IMG/VR virus record: IMGVR_UViG_3300024493_000316
Strand: one strand, 5' to 3'
DNA from: an uncultured virus (IMG/VR IMGVR_UViG_3300024493_000316)
Lineage: Duplodnaviria; Heunggongvirae; Uroviricota; Caudoviricetes
DNA: 64,000 nucleotides
Below are positions 45,495 through 55,333 of this stretch, one piece after another. The notes beneath the pieces are model-generated. The model made no database searches. It saw only the letters and a program-made list of their open reading frames with translations, and was not told where the DNA came from. Each line of letters opens with the position of its first letter. Position 1 is the first letter of the stretch. The position numbers and the translations under genes were made by a program.

Positions 45495-46621
45495 AGCATT
45501 CTCCCTTGCATTCCTTTAAGCCGCCTGCGGGCGATTTCTGCGTATTCGGGATTGAGTTCTATCAGCATGGCATTTCGGCCATTCTGATTGGCAACGAGCG
45601 CCGTGGTGCCGGCGCCGCCAAATGGATCGAGAATTACCCCCCCCCACGGACACCCCGCCAAAATGCACGGCTTGACCAGCTTCGGCGGGAATGTGGCAAA
45701 GTGCGCTTCCCTATAGCCAACTGTTGAAATATCCCACACATCTCGTTTCCGGCGTTTCATAAGGGGGTTAGGTTTGTTGCCGTGGGTTTCGTTTCCGGCC
45801 TGCGCGGAATTGTCAAAGCTCTGCCTGCCCGTGTATGCCCCGCCGCCGCGAAAGGTTTTCCGCAATCCTTTATTCGGACGCGCCGTGCCTTTACTCCCGC
45901 GCGGGGCTTCTGGATCGCCGTTGACGCAATCCTCCATGATTGCTTTGTAGTCAAAATAGTATTTCGGTTGCTTGGCGAGCAGAAAAATATACTCGTGCGC
46001 CCTAACAAGCCTATCTTCAACAGATTCCGGCATAGGGTTAGGTTTTTTCCAAACTATATCGTTTCGCAACCACCAGCCGTCGGCCTGCAGAGCGAGGGCA
46101 AGGCGCCACGGCATACCCACGAGGTCTTTTGGCTTCAACCCCTCGACCACAGTCGAATATGGCTTGTCGCGGAATGTGCGGTCATCGTTCTTTATGTCGG
46201 CGGCGGCGCGGCCATTCGGCGCAGTCGCGTAGCAGTCGCCATAGTTCAGCCAAAAGGTGCCGGTGGGCTTTAGAACCCGCCGGACTTCTCGGAATACTTC
46301 CAGCAAAACGTCGATATGCTCCGAGGGAGTAGGCTCCATGCCTATCTGTGCGTCAACTCGGCGCGCGCCGCACTTCCGGCATTTGGAGCAGTCATCGCCG
46401 CGCAACGGACTGGCACACCTAGCATTCCGCCGTTTTTCGTCCTTGAAGTCATAGGCTATCGTATGCTCGCAGGACGGATCGCCGCCCTCCCACCTCGCCG
46501 TGCCATAGTCGCGCAGCCCCCAATACGGCGGGCTGGTTATCACGCAATCGACAGAATCCGCAGGCATTTTGCGGAGTTCCGTGAGAGCGTCGCCTACTAT
46601 TATGCGGGTTTCGGGTATCAT
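45491..46621 (-). CDS. DNA N4-cytosine/N6-adenine methyltransferase (beta class)
   Basis: TSPPY, VLKPTG, W.KPNPMPES, HFATFP, DPFGGAGTT. Confidence 0.92.
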   Translation of the reverse strand: MIPETRIIVGDALTELRKMPADSVDCVITSPPYWGLRDYGTARWEGGDPSCEHTIAYDFKDEKRRNARCASPLRGDDCSKCRKCGARRVDAQIGMEPTPSEHIDVLLEVFREVRRVLKPTGTFWLNYGDCYATAPNGRAAADIKNDDRTFRDKPYSTVVEGLKPKDLVGMPWRLALALQADGWWLRNDIVWKKPNPMPESVEDRLVRAHEYIFLLAKQPKYYFDYKAIMEDCVNGDPEAPRGSKGTARPNKGLRKTFRGGGAYTGRQSFDNSAQAGNETHGNKPNPLMKRRKRDVWDISTVGYREAHFATFPPKLVKPCILAGCPWGGVILDPFGGAGTTALVANQNGRNAMLIELNPEYAEIARRRLKGMQGRML

Positions 46622-46816
46622 TCACGCTCCATGCTTTCTGCCAAACTCGCACATACCATCGACAACCTTTGACAATATCGCGCCGGCACGAATAAGCTCG
46701 TTGTGAAGTTTTTGGTCGGTAAGGGGGTTCTTACACCCCTTATCGGCGCAAAGTTTTATCGCCAGCCGTTCAAGCTGGAGGAAAGTTTCAATAGGACAGC
46801 GGACTTCTTCATTCAT
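46622..46816 (-). CDS. Hypothetical protein
   Basis: ORF in operon orientation. Confidence 0.45.
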   Translation of the reverse strand: MNEEVRCPIETFLQLERLAIKLCADKGCKNPLTDQKLHNELIRAGAILSKVVDGMCEFGRKHGA

Positions 46817-47002
46817 TTTTTACATCTCCCTTATTGTTTCCACCCTGCCAAAGCCTCGGCCACATCACTTTCGTCTATGTCGCACCCCTGCGCGGCGGCA
46901 GCGTCCACGATCCGTGCAAAAAGCATTTCCGTTGACATATCGGGATCTTCGTCCTCGATCTGGGTGTATAGCCGCCGTATAAGCCCTTTGTAATTCGCCA
47001 TT

Positions 47003-47593
47003 TTAGTAAGTCCCCTCACAAACTTGGTAGCAGGTTATTCCCAGCTCACGCCACATATCGCAGACCTGCTTCCTGTCCTCGAAAACGCAAAGTATGCGGT
47101 CAAGGCCATACGCTTCGCCCATTTCGCGCTTGACGACATAATCCTCGCGGTGGTCGCCGTCAGCTCGCATATAGATTTTGCCGCAGTTCGCTCCATGCCT
47201 AGCCAGCCACTTCACAGTTTTTGACCTTGCTGATTCTGGACGGCCAGTAAAGAAAACTATTCGTTCTTGATTGTCCCCGGAGCAATGACAGGTGTGGGAG
47301 AGCATATGCAAAAGCAGAATATTATCCATTATGGGGTCGTCCTTATCTATCGCGTCATAGAAGCCGTTCCAGTCTAGTGGCTTTTTACAGACTAGCTTCT
47401 CGCGTGTGTTGTCGTAGGAAAACCCATACATTATGAAGTCATCTGGGAGTTTTGACAGGTCTATATCCGTTCGGTTGTTTATCCCAAGTCGAAGCAACTC
47501 CTCCCTGTCTATTGTAGGGGCTTTGATAAAATGTAGTCGGTGCGAGCAGTCCGCCAGCACGCCGTCAATGTCGAATACTATGGTGTCTTTCAT
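47003..47593 (-). CDS. HAD phosphatase (T4 PNK 3'-phosphatase-like)
   Basis: FDIDGVL, TGRPE, MR..GD.R.D..VK, FEDR. Confidence 0.85.
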   Translation of the reverse strand: MKDTIVFDIDGVLADCSHRLHFIKAPTIDREELLRLGINNRTDIDLSKLPDDFIMYGFSYDNTREKLVCKKPLDWNGFYDAIDKDDPIMDNILLLHMLSHTCHCSGDNQERIVFFTGRPESARSKTVKWLARHGANCGKIYMRADGDHREDYVVKREMGEAYGLDRILCVFEDRKQVCDMWRELGITCYQVCEGTY

Positions 47594-48054
47594 GGGGTTT
47601 CTCCTTTGAGTTTTTTGATTTCATCAATGGCAAGTTTAGCGGGGCTATCAATAGTTGCAAATTTGCTCTTGATAAATTTCTCGGAGAAACTGACATAAAA
47701 ATTCAGAGCATTTTCTGCCACTTCAAGACACTTTCGTAGTATATCCTTATCCTCATCTAACTGATTTGATTCCCGACTATCAAACGCCTCGTTTGCTTCG
47801 TCTTCGCTCAACCCTGTATCCATGAGAGCCTCTAACACTGGACAGGTTGCCACCTGTAAAATAATAATATCCACACATTCAGACATCGACTTTCTATTGC
47901 AGTCCTCGGCCTTAGATAATGTGCCTTGCACCCCATATTGCTCTTTACGCCATGCCTCATATTCGTCTTTTGGCATAAACTTTGTGATAAACCCGTCCGA
48001 TATACTGGAAAAGCAAGCCCATTTGTTTTTGTATTCTACATTATACCTAGGCAT
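47590..48054 (-). CDS. Hypothetical protein
   Basis: Coupled ORF, low GC. Confidence 0.55.
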   Translation of the reverse strand: MPRYNVEYKNKWACFSSISDGFITKFMPKDEYEAWRKEQYGVQGTLSKAEDCNRKSMSECVDIIILQVATCPVLEALMDTGLSEDEANEAFDSRESNQLDEDKDILRKCLEVAENALNFYVSFSEKFIKSKFATIDSPAKLAIDEIKKLKGETP

Positions 48055-48382
48055 TTTCTTCTCCGTTCAGCAGGTTTTCGATTTCATCAAGGGCAGCGGC
48101 GCGCGTAAGTAGGTATTTGAACCCGTCAGCATAGCCTCCGTCTTTTTTAGCAGGCTCTAACTTGGCTATAATGCTTTTTATACCGTCTAACATCTCGCCC
48201 CTGCGCTCATAGCCGGTGCGAAGATCGTCGATATAGCACCATTCATCATAATTGAACACCACGCAGCCCGACACATCGGGGTTATAGACCCGCAGTTCAA
48301 CACAGGCGTTTTTCCCGTTCCTTATTGCTAGAACTTGCCTATTTATTTCCGGTAATTCCGTAGAGTTGTGCCATATAGTCAT
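48047..48382 (-). CDS. Hypothetical protein (DUF551-like N-terminus)
   Basis: WH....LP.....VL...W.YI pattern. Confidence 0.5.
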   Translation of the reverse strand: MTIWHNSTELPEINRQVLAIRNGKNACVELRVYNPDVSGCVVFNYDEWCYIDDLRTGYERRGEMLDGIKSIIAKLEPAKKDGGYADGFKYLLTRAAALDEIENLLNGEENA

Positions 48383-48831
48383 GTTGGTTTCCTTTTCTTT
48401 GTCCGCTCCATAGCTTCATCGAGTTTTTGCTGATAATTTAATATGATTGTCGCAATTTCATCGCACCTACTTCTATCTCGGGCATACAAATAAGGGTTGC
48501 CGGGATAAGAAAACTCGAATAGATACTCTATGATTTTTTGTCTGTCTTTTTTGTTCATTGCTTTATCCCCTCAATTATTTTGTAAGCCGTTTTATAAGCC
48601 GATTGAGCTTTTCGATCGCTTTGTCAATGGATTTGCAGGCGTAGAAATACTCATTGCCGAACTTATCTTTAATTTGTTGGCCGCCTGCTTGAAAGCCGTT
48701 TCTTGTCCAGTCAACGCCCTTAAAACATCTGATAATTAGTTTTGCGAGTCTTTGCTTTCTCCAGCGGGATAAGGAAAGCTGTGGTAGCCAAAATTCTCTT
48801 AATGTCATTCTAGGCATATCATTCCCCCTTT

Positions 48832-49053
48832 TTATTTTTTCAACATTACGACGCCGGCTACCACAACCTTGTCGAAGCACTCTTTGCAAAAATCGTATTT
48901 TTTCCCGCCGGCTTCATAATCCAGTTTATGCTCCTCCTCTTCACGGATTCCTCCACCCATGGAGCCATAATAAGGTTTGAAGACGAGTTCCTTGCCGCAA
49001 ATGTCGCAATAGATTTTCCAAACTTTCGTTTCAACAGCTACTTTTTTTTGCAT
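48832..49053 (-). CDS. Small Zn-finger protein
   Basis: CDICG...FCKEC. Confidence 0.55.
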   Translation of the reverse strand: MQKKVAVETKVWKIYCDICGKELVFKPYYGSMGGGIREEEEHKLDYEAGGKKYDFCKECFDKVVVAGVVMLKK

Positions 49054-49493
49054 TTCTGTTCTCCTTGTTGGTTGATCTGCGCGAGGTATTTCCTAGCAAG
49101 TTTGCGATCTTTCTCCTTGTCTTCTTCCGACAGGTCTTTGTATTCGGTTTTAGCTTGCCGATCCCAGCGCGCAATGTTTTCCGGCGTGCTGTTATCGCGC
49201 TGGTGTATATACCAGCCAGCCCAGAGCATATGGAGAAAGGCAGACAACAACTCCAAATCCTGCTCCAACTGCTTATCTGCCGATTGTTTTGTTTTTATGA
49301 TTTCTGTTTCCGGCTCGCGGGCGGTTAGCTCAAAATAATCACAGTCGTCATACCACAACTCCATGTGGTCGCCACCCTCAATATAGTCCATTTTGTCGCC
49401 GTCGATTGCGATTATGGTCGCATAGAAGTGATCGCCGTTCTTGATATGGACTTCATAGACTTTGCCGACTTGAACTTCAGACATCTGTATCAT
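49038..49493 (-). CDS. Hypothetical phage protein
   Basis: RW.RQ..T.Y..LSE.DKEKDR motif. Confidence 0.55.
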   Translation of the reverse strand: MIQMSEVQVGKVYEVHIKNGDHFYATIIAIDGDKMDYIEGGDHMELWYDDCDYFELTAREPETEIIKTKQSADKQLEQDLELLSAFLHMLWAGWYIHQRDNSTPENIARWDRQAKTEYKDLSEEDKEKDRKLARKYLAQINQQGEQKCKKK

Positions 49494-49786
49494 TTCATTT
49501 CCTCCACTTGTTTAAGGGCTTTTTGTGCCCTGCCGCCACGATCCGCCACATATGCAGATTCCGAGGTTTCTTGCTCGTATTCTGACGGCTCGTGAGTGGC
49601 ATAGAACATCAAGGCTTCTCTATAAATATCCAGCTTATCCTCTAGCTTTTTATCGTCCACATAGACATTGAAGAGATTCCTGCAATGGCTGCAGATGAAT
49701 TTACGGCTAAGCAGGGGTATCCCATTATCGCAACGATGTTCTCCCATATCCGCATGACATTTAGGACATTTTGTAAGCTGTATCAT
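49490..49786 (-). CDS. Zn-ribbon protein
   Basis: CPKC...CSHC. Confidence 0.5.
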   Translation of the reverse strand: MIQLTKCPKCHADMGEHRCDNGIPLLSRKFICSHCRNLFNVYVDDKKLEDKLDIYREALMFYATHEPSEYEQETSESAYVADRGGRAQKALKQVEEMK

Positions 49787-50112
49787 TTTGCCCCTCCCGA
49801 CTTTTTAGCTTCCTCTGCGGCTTCCTTTACATAGGCTTGCCAAGCTATCTCTGCGACCCTGCCGACTTTTTCGATTTCCTTTGTGAGCCGAGCAAGCCCC
49901 TTGTCGTAATGCTCTTTTACAGGGGGCTGGCCGTGGGTGTAAGGGCTGGCCGCGATTGAAAATGAGAACTTGGTGAGCCATTGCATAATTTGCTCTCCGT
50001 TCAGTTTTGCCTCTACCGCGTAGGCAACCGCCGCATTGCATAGGGCAATCCCCATGAAATACCCTTTGTCTTTTTCGGACTCCGGTTGGCCGAATATTGC
50101 GAATCCTTGCAT
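49783..50112 (-). CDS. Hypothetical protein
   Basis: AGGAG RBS, coupled. Confidence 0.5.
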   Translation of the reverse strand: MQGFAIFGQPESEKDKGYFMGIALCNAAVAYAVEAKLNGEQIMQWLTKFSFSIAASPYTHGQPPVKEHYDKGLARLTKEIEKVGRVAEIAWQAYVKEAAEEAKKSGGAK

Positions 50113-50114
50113 GG

Positions 50115-50876
50115 CTATTCTCCTATTCTCATCGGCATTACGATCGCCAGATCCCGACTGCCCTCATGGTAGATGTGGAGAGGGTTCTCGTTCTTCAGCT
50201 CCTCCTGCCGCACGCAAATGACTTTCTGATCGTTAAAAAAGTCAAGGACGACCTCCATGAACTTCGCGTCGTATTTGCCTTTGTAGTTGAATTTGCCATG
50301 CGCGCGGAAGGCCTTTGCGCTTTTGTCTTGGCTGGGAATGAGGTCGCCGTTGAAAAGCGAGGTAAAGGTTAGGTAGTAGTCCTCCGCGCTTTTTCCACGC
50401 CAAATGACCGTCTGGAAGTCCTGTAGCTTTTTCTCGCTCTCGGCTTCAGCGTATCCCATAATGGTCTTATTCATTCTGGCCAGCGCGTGCCAGTCCTCGG
50501 CAAAGACGACCTCCAGCTTGGTTTCCGGCTTTTCGTCTGGCTTTATTTGGATAGACGGGTGTATGACTTTCTCGCAGTCGGGGAAGACTCCGAACTTGTC
50601 CTCATCGGTTCCGAGAAACTCTATCGAGCTACGATTTACGTCGTAGAACCCTGGCTTGAGCGGCAACTCTTTCCGCAATAAAACGCACCCGTTCGTGGCA
50701 TATAGCATTCCATCTCTGGCGTAGGCATTATGCAAAAAGAACCTTTTGCCGCCATCTTTGCGGGATAGCCTTAGCAACTCCTCGAATGCCCTGGCTTCGC
50801 CTTTTTGGAGGCAATGCGCTCCTGCCCGCGCAGTTTCGAGCAGATACTCGCTCGGAATTATCACTACATCTTTCAT
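50115..50876 (-). CDS. Divergent beta-sliding-clamp-like protein
   Basis: YATNG, FPD..KVI, C-terminal AIVMPMR. Confidence 0.5.
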   Translation of the reverse strand: MKDVVIIPSEYLLETARAGAHCLQKGEARAFEELLRLSRKDGGKRFFLHNAYARDGMLYATNGCVLLRKELPLKPGFYDVNRSSIEFLGTDEDKFGVFPDCEKVIHPSIQIKPDEKPETKLEVVFAEDWHALARMNKTIMGYAEAESEKKLQDFQTVIWRGKSAEDYYLTFTSLFNGDLIPSQDKSAKAFRAHGKFNYKGKYDAKFMEVVLDFFNDQKVICVRQEELKNENPLHIYHEGSRDLAIVMPMRIGE

Positions 50877-51406
50877 TTGTTGGCTCCTTTCTTGTTTGTG
50901 ATTTTCGGCGCGGCCTCCGGCTTGAAGGCCTCCTCGTTAAAGGTCAGCACGCCGTTCTCATCGGCGCTGAAAACAAAGTCGTTCAAGTCGGCGTTCATGT
51001 CTAAGAGCTTGTTTAGCCGTTCTGGGGCGAGAACCGAGTATTGCCAGCCGGTTTCCCTGTTCCAGACCCTTGCCGAACCGCCGAACTTGTATTTGTTGCA
51101 AAAGGCTTCAAACCACTGATAAAATCCGGCAAAGAATTTGCCAGCCAGCTTCGCGGCTTTAGCGTTGCGGCGGACAGGCTCGCGCAGTCCGTTGACAGCT
51201 TCTTGAGCGAGGGGGAAACGCCCCCACCGGAACACGCCAGACAACCCAGAAAACAGCCAAAGCCTAAGGCTCCAAAAGAAGTGAAGCGTCGGGGCAGAAA
51301 GCCAAGAGAGGTTGCCCCTGCCACAGAGGAAACCGCCCCCGCCAAGCGGCGCGGTCGGCCACCCAAGAACGCCGACACAAGACTCGATAAAAAAGGGTGT
51401 ATTCAT
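50873..51406 (-). CDS. Gene with apparently inverted internal segment (AT-hook protein in the flipped state)
   Basis: GAGGAG RBS and ATGA coupling; residues ~8-96 look antisense while the + strand encodes KRRGRKPR and KRRGRPPK. Confidence 0.6.
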   Translation of the reverse strand: MNTPFFIESCVGVLGWPTAPLGGGGFLCGRGNLSWLSAPTLHFFWSLRLWLFSGLSGVFRWGRFPLAQEAVNGLREPVRRNAKAAKLAGKFFAGFYQWFEAFCNKYKFGGSARVWNRETGWQYSVLAPERLNKLLDMNADLNDFVFSADENGVLTFNEEAFKPEAAPKITNKKGANK

Positions 51407-51500
51407 TTCTTCTCCTCTGGTTTTTGGTTAGCTGGATTTTTAAGGTCGCCGTCCAGCGCGACGTCGTTTATTATTTTTCTAGGTTCAACCTTAAAACTTG

Positions 51501-52118
51501 TCATGCACGTTCTCCCTCCAAGCCCCAGCGCCGCAAGTGAAACGCTAAGGTGCTACGGCAGATTTTGTATTTTTTTGCGATGTGCGTCTTTGACCTGCCT
51601 GCGGCAAGCGATTTACAGATTCCGTCCTTATGAGGGTCGATTTTATAGAAAGCACTCTTTGCCCCTACAGGCCGGCCAAGTATCACGCCCTCGGCTTTCT
51701 TGCGCGCGAGTGCTTCCTTTGTCCGTTCGCTTATCATCTTGCGCTCGATCTCGGCGGCGAGGCCGAAAGCAAAGGCAAGCACCTTTGACTGGATATTGTC
51801 GCCCAGCTCGTAGCCGTCTTTGTGGGTATAGACCTTGACACCGGACTTCATACAATGCTCCAAAATCCGCATTACCATAAACAGGGTGCGGCCAAGGCGC
51901 GAGATTTCGCCGGCAATAAGGACATCGCCCTCGCGCAGGGTTTTAAGCAGCTTTCCGAGGTGGCGTTTTTCCGGCTCCACGCCGCCGGACACATTATCGT
52001 CCGCAATATACTGGTCTATGACTAGCCCGCGCCGCTCGGCCTCGCGGACAACGCCGAGCTTCTGGTTCTCGACATCTTGGCCGCCGGTTGATACTCGCAA
52101 ATAGCCATAGACCGACAT
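51501..52118 (-). CDS. Serine recombinase (resolvase/invertase, Mpi-like)
   Basis: YGYLRVST..Q...Q, SG, EISRLGR, AEIER.MISERTKEAL, LGRP, C-terminal HTH. Confidence 0.92.
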   Translation of the reverse strand: MSVYGYLRVSTGGQDVENQKLGVVREAERRGLVIDQYIADDNVSGGVEPEKRHLGKLLKTLREGDVLIAGEISRLGRTLFMVMRILEHCMKSGVKVYTHKDGYELGDNIQSKVLAFAFGLAAEIERKMISERTKEALARKKAEGVILGRPVGAKSAFYKIDPHKDGICKSLAAGRSKTHIAKKYKICRSTLAFHLRRWGLEGERA

Positions 52119-52350
52119 TAGACCGCTCCCCCTTTTTTGGCCTCTAACCGCCTCTTTGATTTCGATTCTGGTATAAAGCCACAACGCCTACACTCTATCC
52201 AGCGAACATCATCACCGAAAAAGCCCTCGCCAGTTAGACGTTCCCACTTATGCCCGAATGTCTTGCAAATACCACGCCGGAACTCCCGAATGAGGAAATC
52301 CTCAAGCGTTGCGACTTCGTAGGCGAGCCAGCTTATACCGTTTGACAACC

Positions 52351-53151
52351 TCATTCCGCGCCCTCCCACTTGACATTGTATAAGTCCGCCTTTTTCTCTT
52401 CCGGCAGAGGCTCTATATCCGGCGCGGCCTCACGCAGATCGCGCTTGATATAGAATTTTTTGGAACGCCCGCGCAGGATAGCAACGGCGTGGCTAAGAAA
52501 ATCCGTCCAGTCGATAGACTTGTCGAGGTCTTGAAAATGATTGACCTTGCCTACCTTATAGACATCAATGTAGTCTAAAGTTTGCCGCATAAGGTTCAAG
52601 GACTGCTCCGGCTTTATGACTGGCTCGAACGAAGCGAAAGTCTGTATTCCGGCTTCATGTAGAGCCTTCAACGCGGCGAGGCGGTCGCTGACGGGCGCAG
52701 CTCCCGGCTCCCATTCGAGGGAGTCCTCGTCATTGTCGAAAGTCAGCGTTGCCCCGACCTGTATGGCATTGCCGAACTTTTGGAACAAGGGCAAGTGGTG
52801 CAGACAGGCAGTCCCACCTTTTGTGAGAATGGCGCAAGGAACTTGGAATTGCAGGAACAGGTTCAGAATGTCCGTTATCGCCATGTTGTTGTCCGCCGCG
52901 TCGCAATAGACATCGCCGATGAACGATAGAAGCACCTGTTGCTTTATCTGGGGGCTACGGCGTAGCTCGGCGGCCAGCTTTTCGACTATGTTCTCGCGCG
53001 GCATAGGCTTGCCGGTGTATTCTGCGAGGGTTTTCCTAATCGCCGCCGCCGCATAGCAATACTTGCACCCATGCGAGCATTGCATATAGACGTTCAAGGC
53101 AAGCGGGCTATATTCCCGCGCACGACCTTTGGGTTCGTAAATCAAACTCAT
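52351..53151 (-). CDS. Radical SAM protein (SPL-like family)
   Basis: CSHGCKYCYA, ILTK, WEPGA....RL.AL..L...GI. Confidence 0.8.
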   Translation of the reverse strand: MSLIYEPKGRAREYSPLALNVYMQCSHGCKYCYAAAAIRKTLAEYTGKPMPRENIVEKLAAELRRSPQIKQQVLLSFIGDVYCDAADNNMAITDILNLFLQFQVPCAILTKGGTACLHHLPLFQKFGNAIQVGATLTFDNDEDSLEWEPGAAPVSDRLAALKALHEAGIQTFASFEPVIKPEQSLNLMRQTLDYIDVYKVGKVNHFQDLDKSIDWTDFLSHAVAILRGRSKKFYIKRDLREAAPDIEPLPEEKKADLYNVKWEGAE

Positions 53152-53459
53152 TTCGCCCCCGCAATCTCACAGGCCTCGGCGAGTTTTTTTAGTCCTATCT
53201 GATTGTTGACCGACTGGGCGATATAGCGGGCTTTATACAATTCGCCCTCCCACTTCGCACGGCTGGTTGTAGCGCGGATATAGTCGAGCGCAATCCAAGT
53301 TAGCATAAATACTGCGATTATATTCATTATGCTATTGAACTTCTCCCACCGCAATTTGCGCGCATAGAGCTTCATGATTTTGTCCTTGTTCTCTTCATAG
53401 AGCCTATCTACCAGCTTTTCGGTTTTGGTATCGGTTTGCTTTTTTGTTTCGTTTTTCAT
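53148..53459 (-). CDS. Hypothetical membrane protein
   Basis: One TM; coupled. Confidence 0.5.
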   Translation of the reverse strand: MKNETKKQTDTKTEKLVDRLYEENKDKIMKLYARKLRWEKFNSIMNIIAVFMLTWIALDYIRATTSRAKWEGELYKARYIAQSVNNQIGLKKLAEACEIAGAK

Positions 53460-53944
53460 CGTTTTTCTCCTTGTTTTTGTTGTTGTTTGATTATGTGCCG
53501 GATTATGGTCTGATACCCCTCTGTCAGAGCTTTCTCAACGCTACTTTTCGACATATTGAGTCGGTCGGCTATGGTCTTTACCCTGCACGGGCGCGACCGC
53601 GCGAAAAGGCACTTCCAACTCCGGATTCTTTCCGCTTCGCCCACAGGGAATAGAGGAACCCACTCCTCGACCACCATCTTGATTATTTTCCATTGATCCT
53701 CGGTAATCTTGATACTCGCCTCATCAAGGAACTTATCCCAGCTTTTCCAGCTTTCATCTTTGCCGTTTAGCTGCATAAGCCTCTTGGTCTTTTCAAGCAT
53801 ATGGCGATATACCCCCTCAAGGTTGTCGGGGCGCTCAAGCGGCGGCAACATCATCTCGGACAAAAACACCAGATGAATGCACTCGCGGATATACTCCTTT
53901 TGCGCCTTGTATTCCCACATCGAAAATTCGCTTAAATTCGTCAT
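53456..53944 (-). CDS. C-terminal HTH regulator (possible late antiterminator/activator)
   Basis: VKTIADRLNMSKSSV HTH; downstream of replication genes. Confidence 0.5.
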   Translation of the reverse strand: MTNLSEFSMWEYKAQKEYIRECIHLVFLSEMMLPPLERPDNLEGVYRHMLEKTKRLMQLNGKDESWKSWDKFLDEASIKITEDQWKIIKMVVEEWVPLFPVGEAERIRSWKCLFARSRPCRVKTIADRLNMSKSSVEKALTEGYQTIIRHIIKQQQKQGEKR

Positions 53945-54567
53945 ACCCCCTCCTTATTTTCTGCGGTCGGCAATAACTCTTGATTTTTGCGATCCCCAAA
54001 CTTACGCATAACTTCTTTCAACGAGATCAGCCCCCGGCGATTACTGCGATCGGAGATAGCGACCTGCTCCAGGACATTTTCGGAGGTGTAGAGGTCGCTC
54101 CAGATGATCTCCAGCTCTTTCATAACGGTCGATAGCGAGCGGGTATAGTCGTCGCGGTGGATAGACCAGTGTATTTCCTCAATCCCACCCAAGTGCTTGA
54201 GCGTCCTCAATCCGAGGTTGCCGATCTCCGCATATAAAGCTTCTTTATCCTCTTTTTCATACCATTTGGAGGATAGAAACTTATCAACGGCGTCCACGAA
54301 TTTTTGCAAGGACTGCGTTTTCCTCGCGTTGGCGATCTGCCAGTCCGAGGGGATTCCGAGCGCCTCGCGCCACTCGCCGAGCGTCGGGAACAGCTTACGG
54401 CGCGGCTCGGACAGGAACTTATTGGTGGCAACCAGCAAGTCCTCCTTGCTCCAGTCTTTAAGCTGGGAGTAGATTAGGACGGGATAGTCCGCTGGCACCT
54501 CGATCGAGAAGTTGACCGAAATCAGCTTGAGCGCCTGCGCGAGGTCAAGATTTGTGATTTTATCCAC
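53941..54567 (-). CDS. Putative helicase loader/inhibitor-type replication protein
   Basis: FPT..E motif; directly after replication initiator. Confidence 0.45.
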   Translation of the reverse strand: MDKITNLDLAQALKLISVNFSIEVPADYPVLIYSQLKDWSKEDLLVATNKFLSEPRRKLFPTLGEWREALGIPSDWQIANARKTQSLQKFVDAVDKFLSSKWYEKEDKEALYAEIGNLGLRTLKHLGGIEEIHWSIHRDDYTRSLSTVMKELEIIWSDLYTSENVLEQVAISDRSNRRGLISLKEVMRKFGDRKNQELLPTAENKEGV

Positions 54568-55333
54568 CTTGCCCTCCTGTCTTTTCGAGGAAGTCTTTCA
54601 AGACCTCGTTTGATTTGCCCGATGTTGTTTTTGGTCTGAACTCCGAGTATTTGACATTGAAGCGATCGTCGTTGAGCCATGCGGCGCAGCCTTTGCAGAA
54701 GCGCCCGCCCTCGGCATTAGCCTCCTCGCTCGCAGCATAGGCTTCACAGGCCGCCTGTATCTGCTCCGGCGTCGCGCGCTTTTCTCTGATAACCCGCTCG
54801 TATGCCTTGCGCGCTTTCTCCATGTTGCCTTTACGGACATTCGGGAAAGTCCTCCAGAACAGCGCAAACTGCTCCATGAAAGCCATGAGCTTGCCAACCT
54901 TGGCAGCGGTGGTTTCTTTGGAAGATAGTTCGTCAGAACTATCTTCTTTCTTTACATTATCCTTATCCTTATCATTAGGCTTATCTTTGCTTATCGCTGG
55001 GTTGTTGTCGGTTATGTTTCGGTTATCCTCGGTTATGTTTTCGCTTATGTCTGCCTTATGTGAGTAATAAGGGTTCGGTTGTCCTTTGGTAAAGTTTGGA
55101 TTACCGCCTTTCTTGCCGTTTTCAGCGTTTATCTGCTTGCGGTTTTCGATAGCGTCGAGCCGATTGTGGACATAGGCATAGGCGTTCATGATTTTCTGAT
55201 TGTCCGATAGCGGCTCTTGGCCGGTTTCGGCATACTCTATCAGCATACGGAAAAGTTGCCCCAACTCGGCGTCCGAGAGGAAGTTGAAAATATACTTATA
55301 GTCCGTATAGATTATGAGGGATTTATTTCTCAT
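54560..55333 (-). CDS. Replication initiator protein (DUF6291-like N-terminus)
   Basis: LSDAELGQLF..L..Y, NGKKGG, F..FW..FP....N..KA, WLN..RF. Confidence 0.75.
   Translation of the reverse strand: MRNKSLIIYTDYKYIFNFLSDAELGQLFRMLIEYAETGQEPLSDNQKIMNAYAYVHNRLDAIENRKQINAENGKKGGNPNFTKGQPNPYYSHKADISENITEDNRNITDNNPAISKDKPNDKDKDNVKKEDSSDELSSKETTAAKVGKLMAFMEQFALFWRTFPNVRKGNMEKARKAYERVIREKRATPEQIQAACEAYAASEEANAEGGRFCKGCAAWLNDDRFNVKYSEFRPKTTSGKSNEVLKDFLEKTGGQGG
54955..55060. repeat. Iteron-like repeats (cggttatgttt) inside rep gene; candidate origin
   Basis: Copies at 55009, 55020, 55030, 55042 with about 10-12 bp spacing. Confidence 0.5.

Noticed and set aside
51041..51838. Independent + strand 265-aa gene
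   Set aside because: No RBS, runs antisense through the recombinase, and only the 51121-51386 part looks protein-like; treated as an inverted segment instead.
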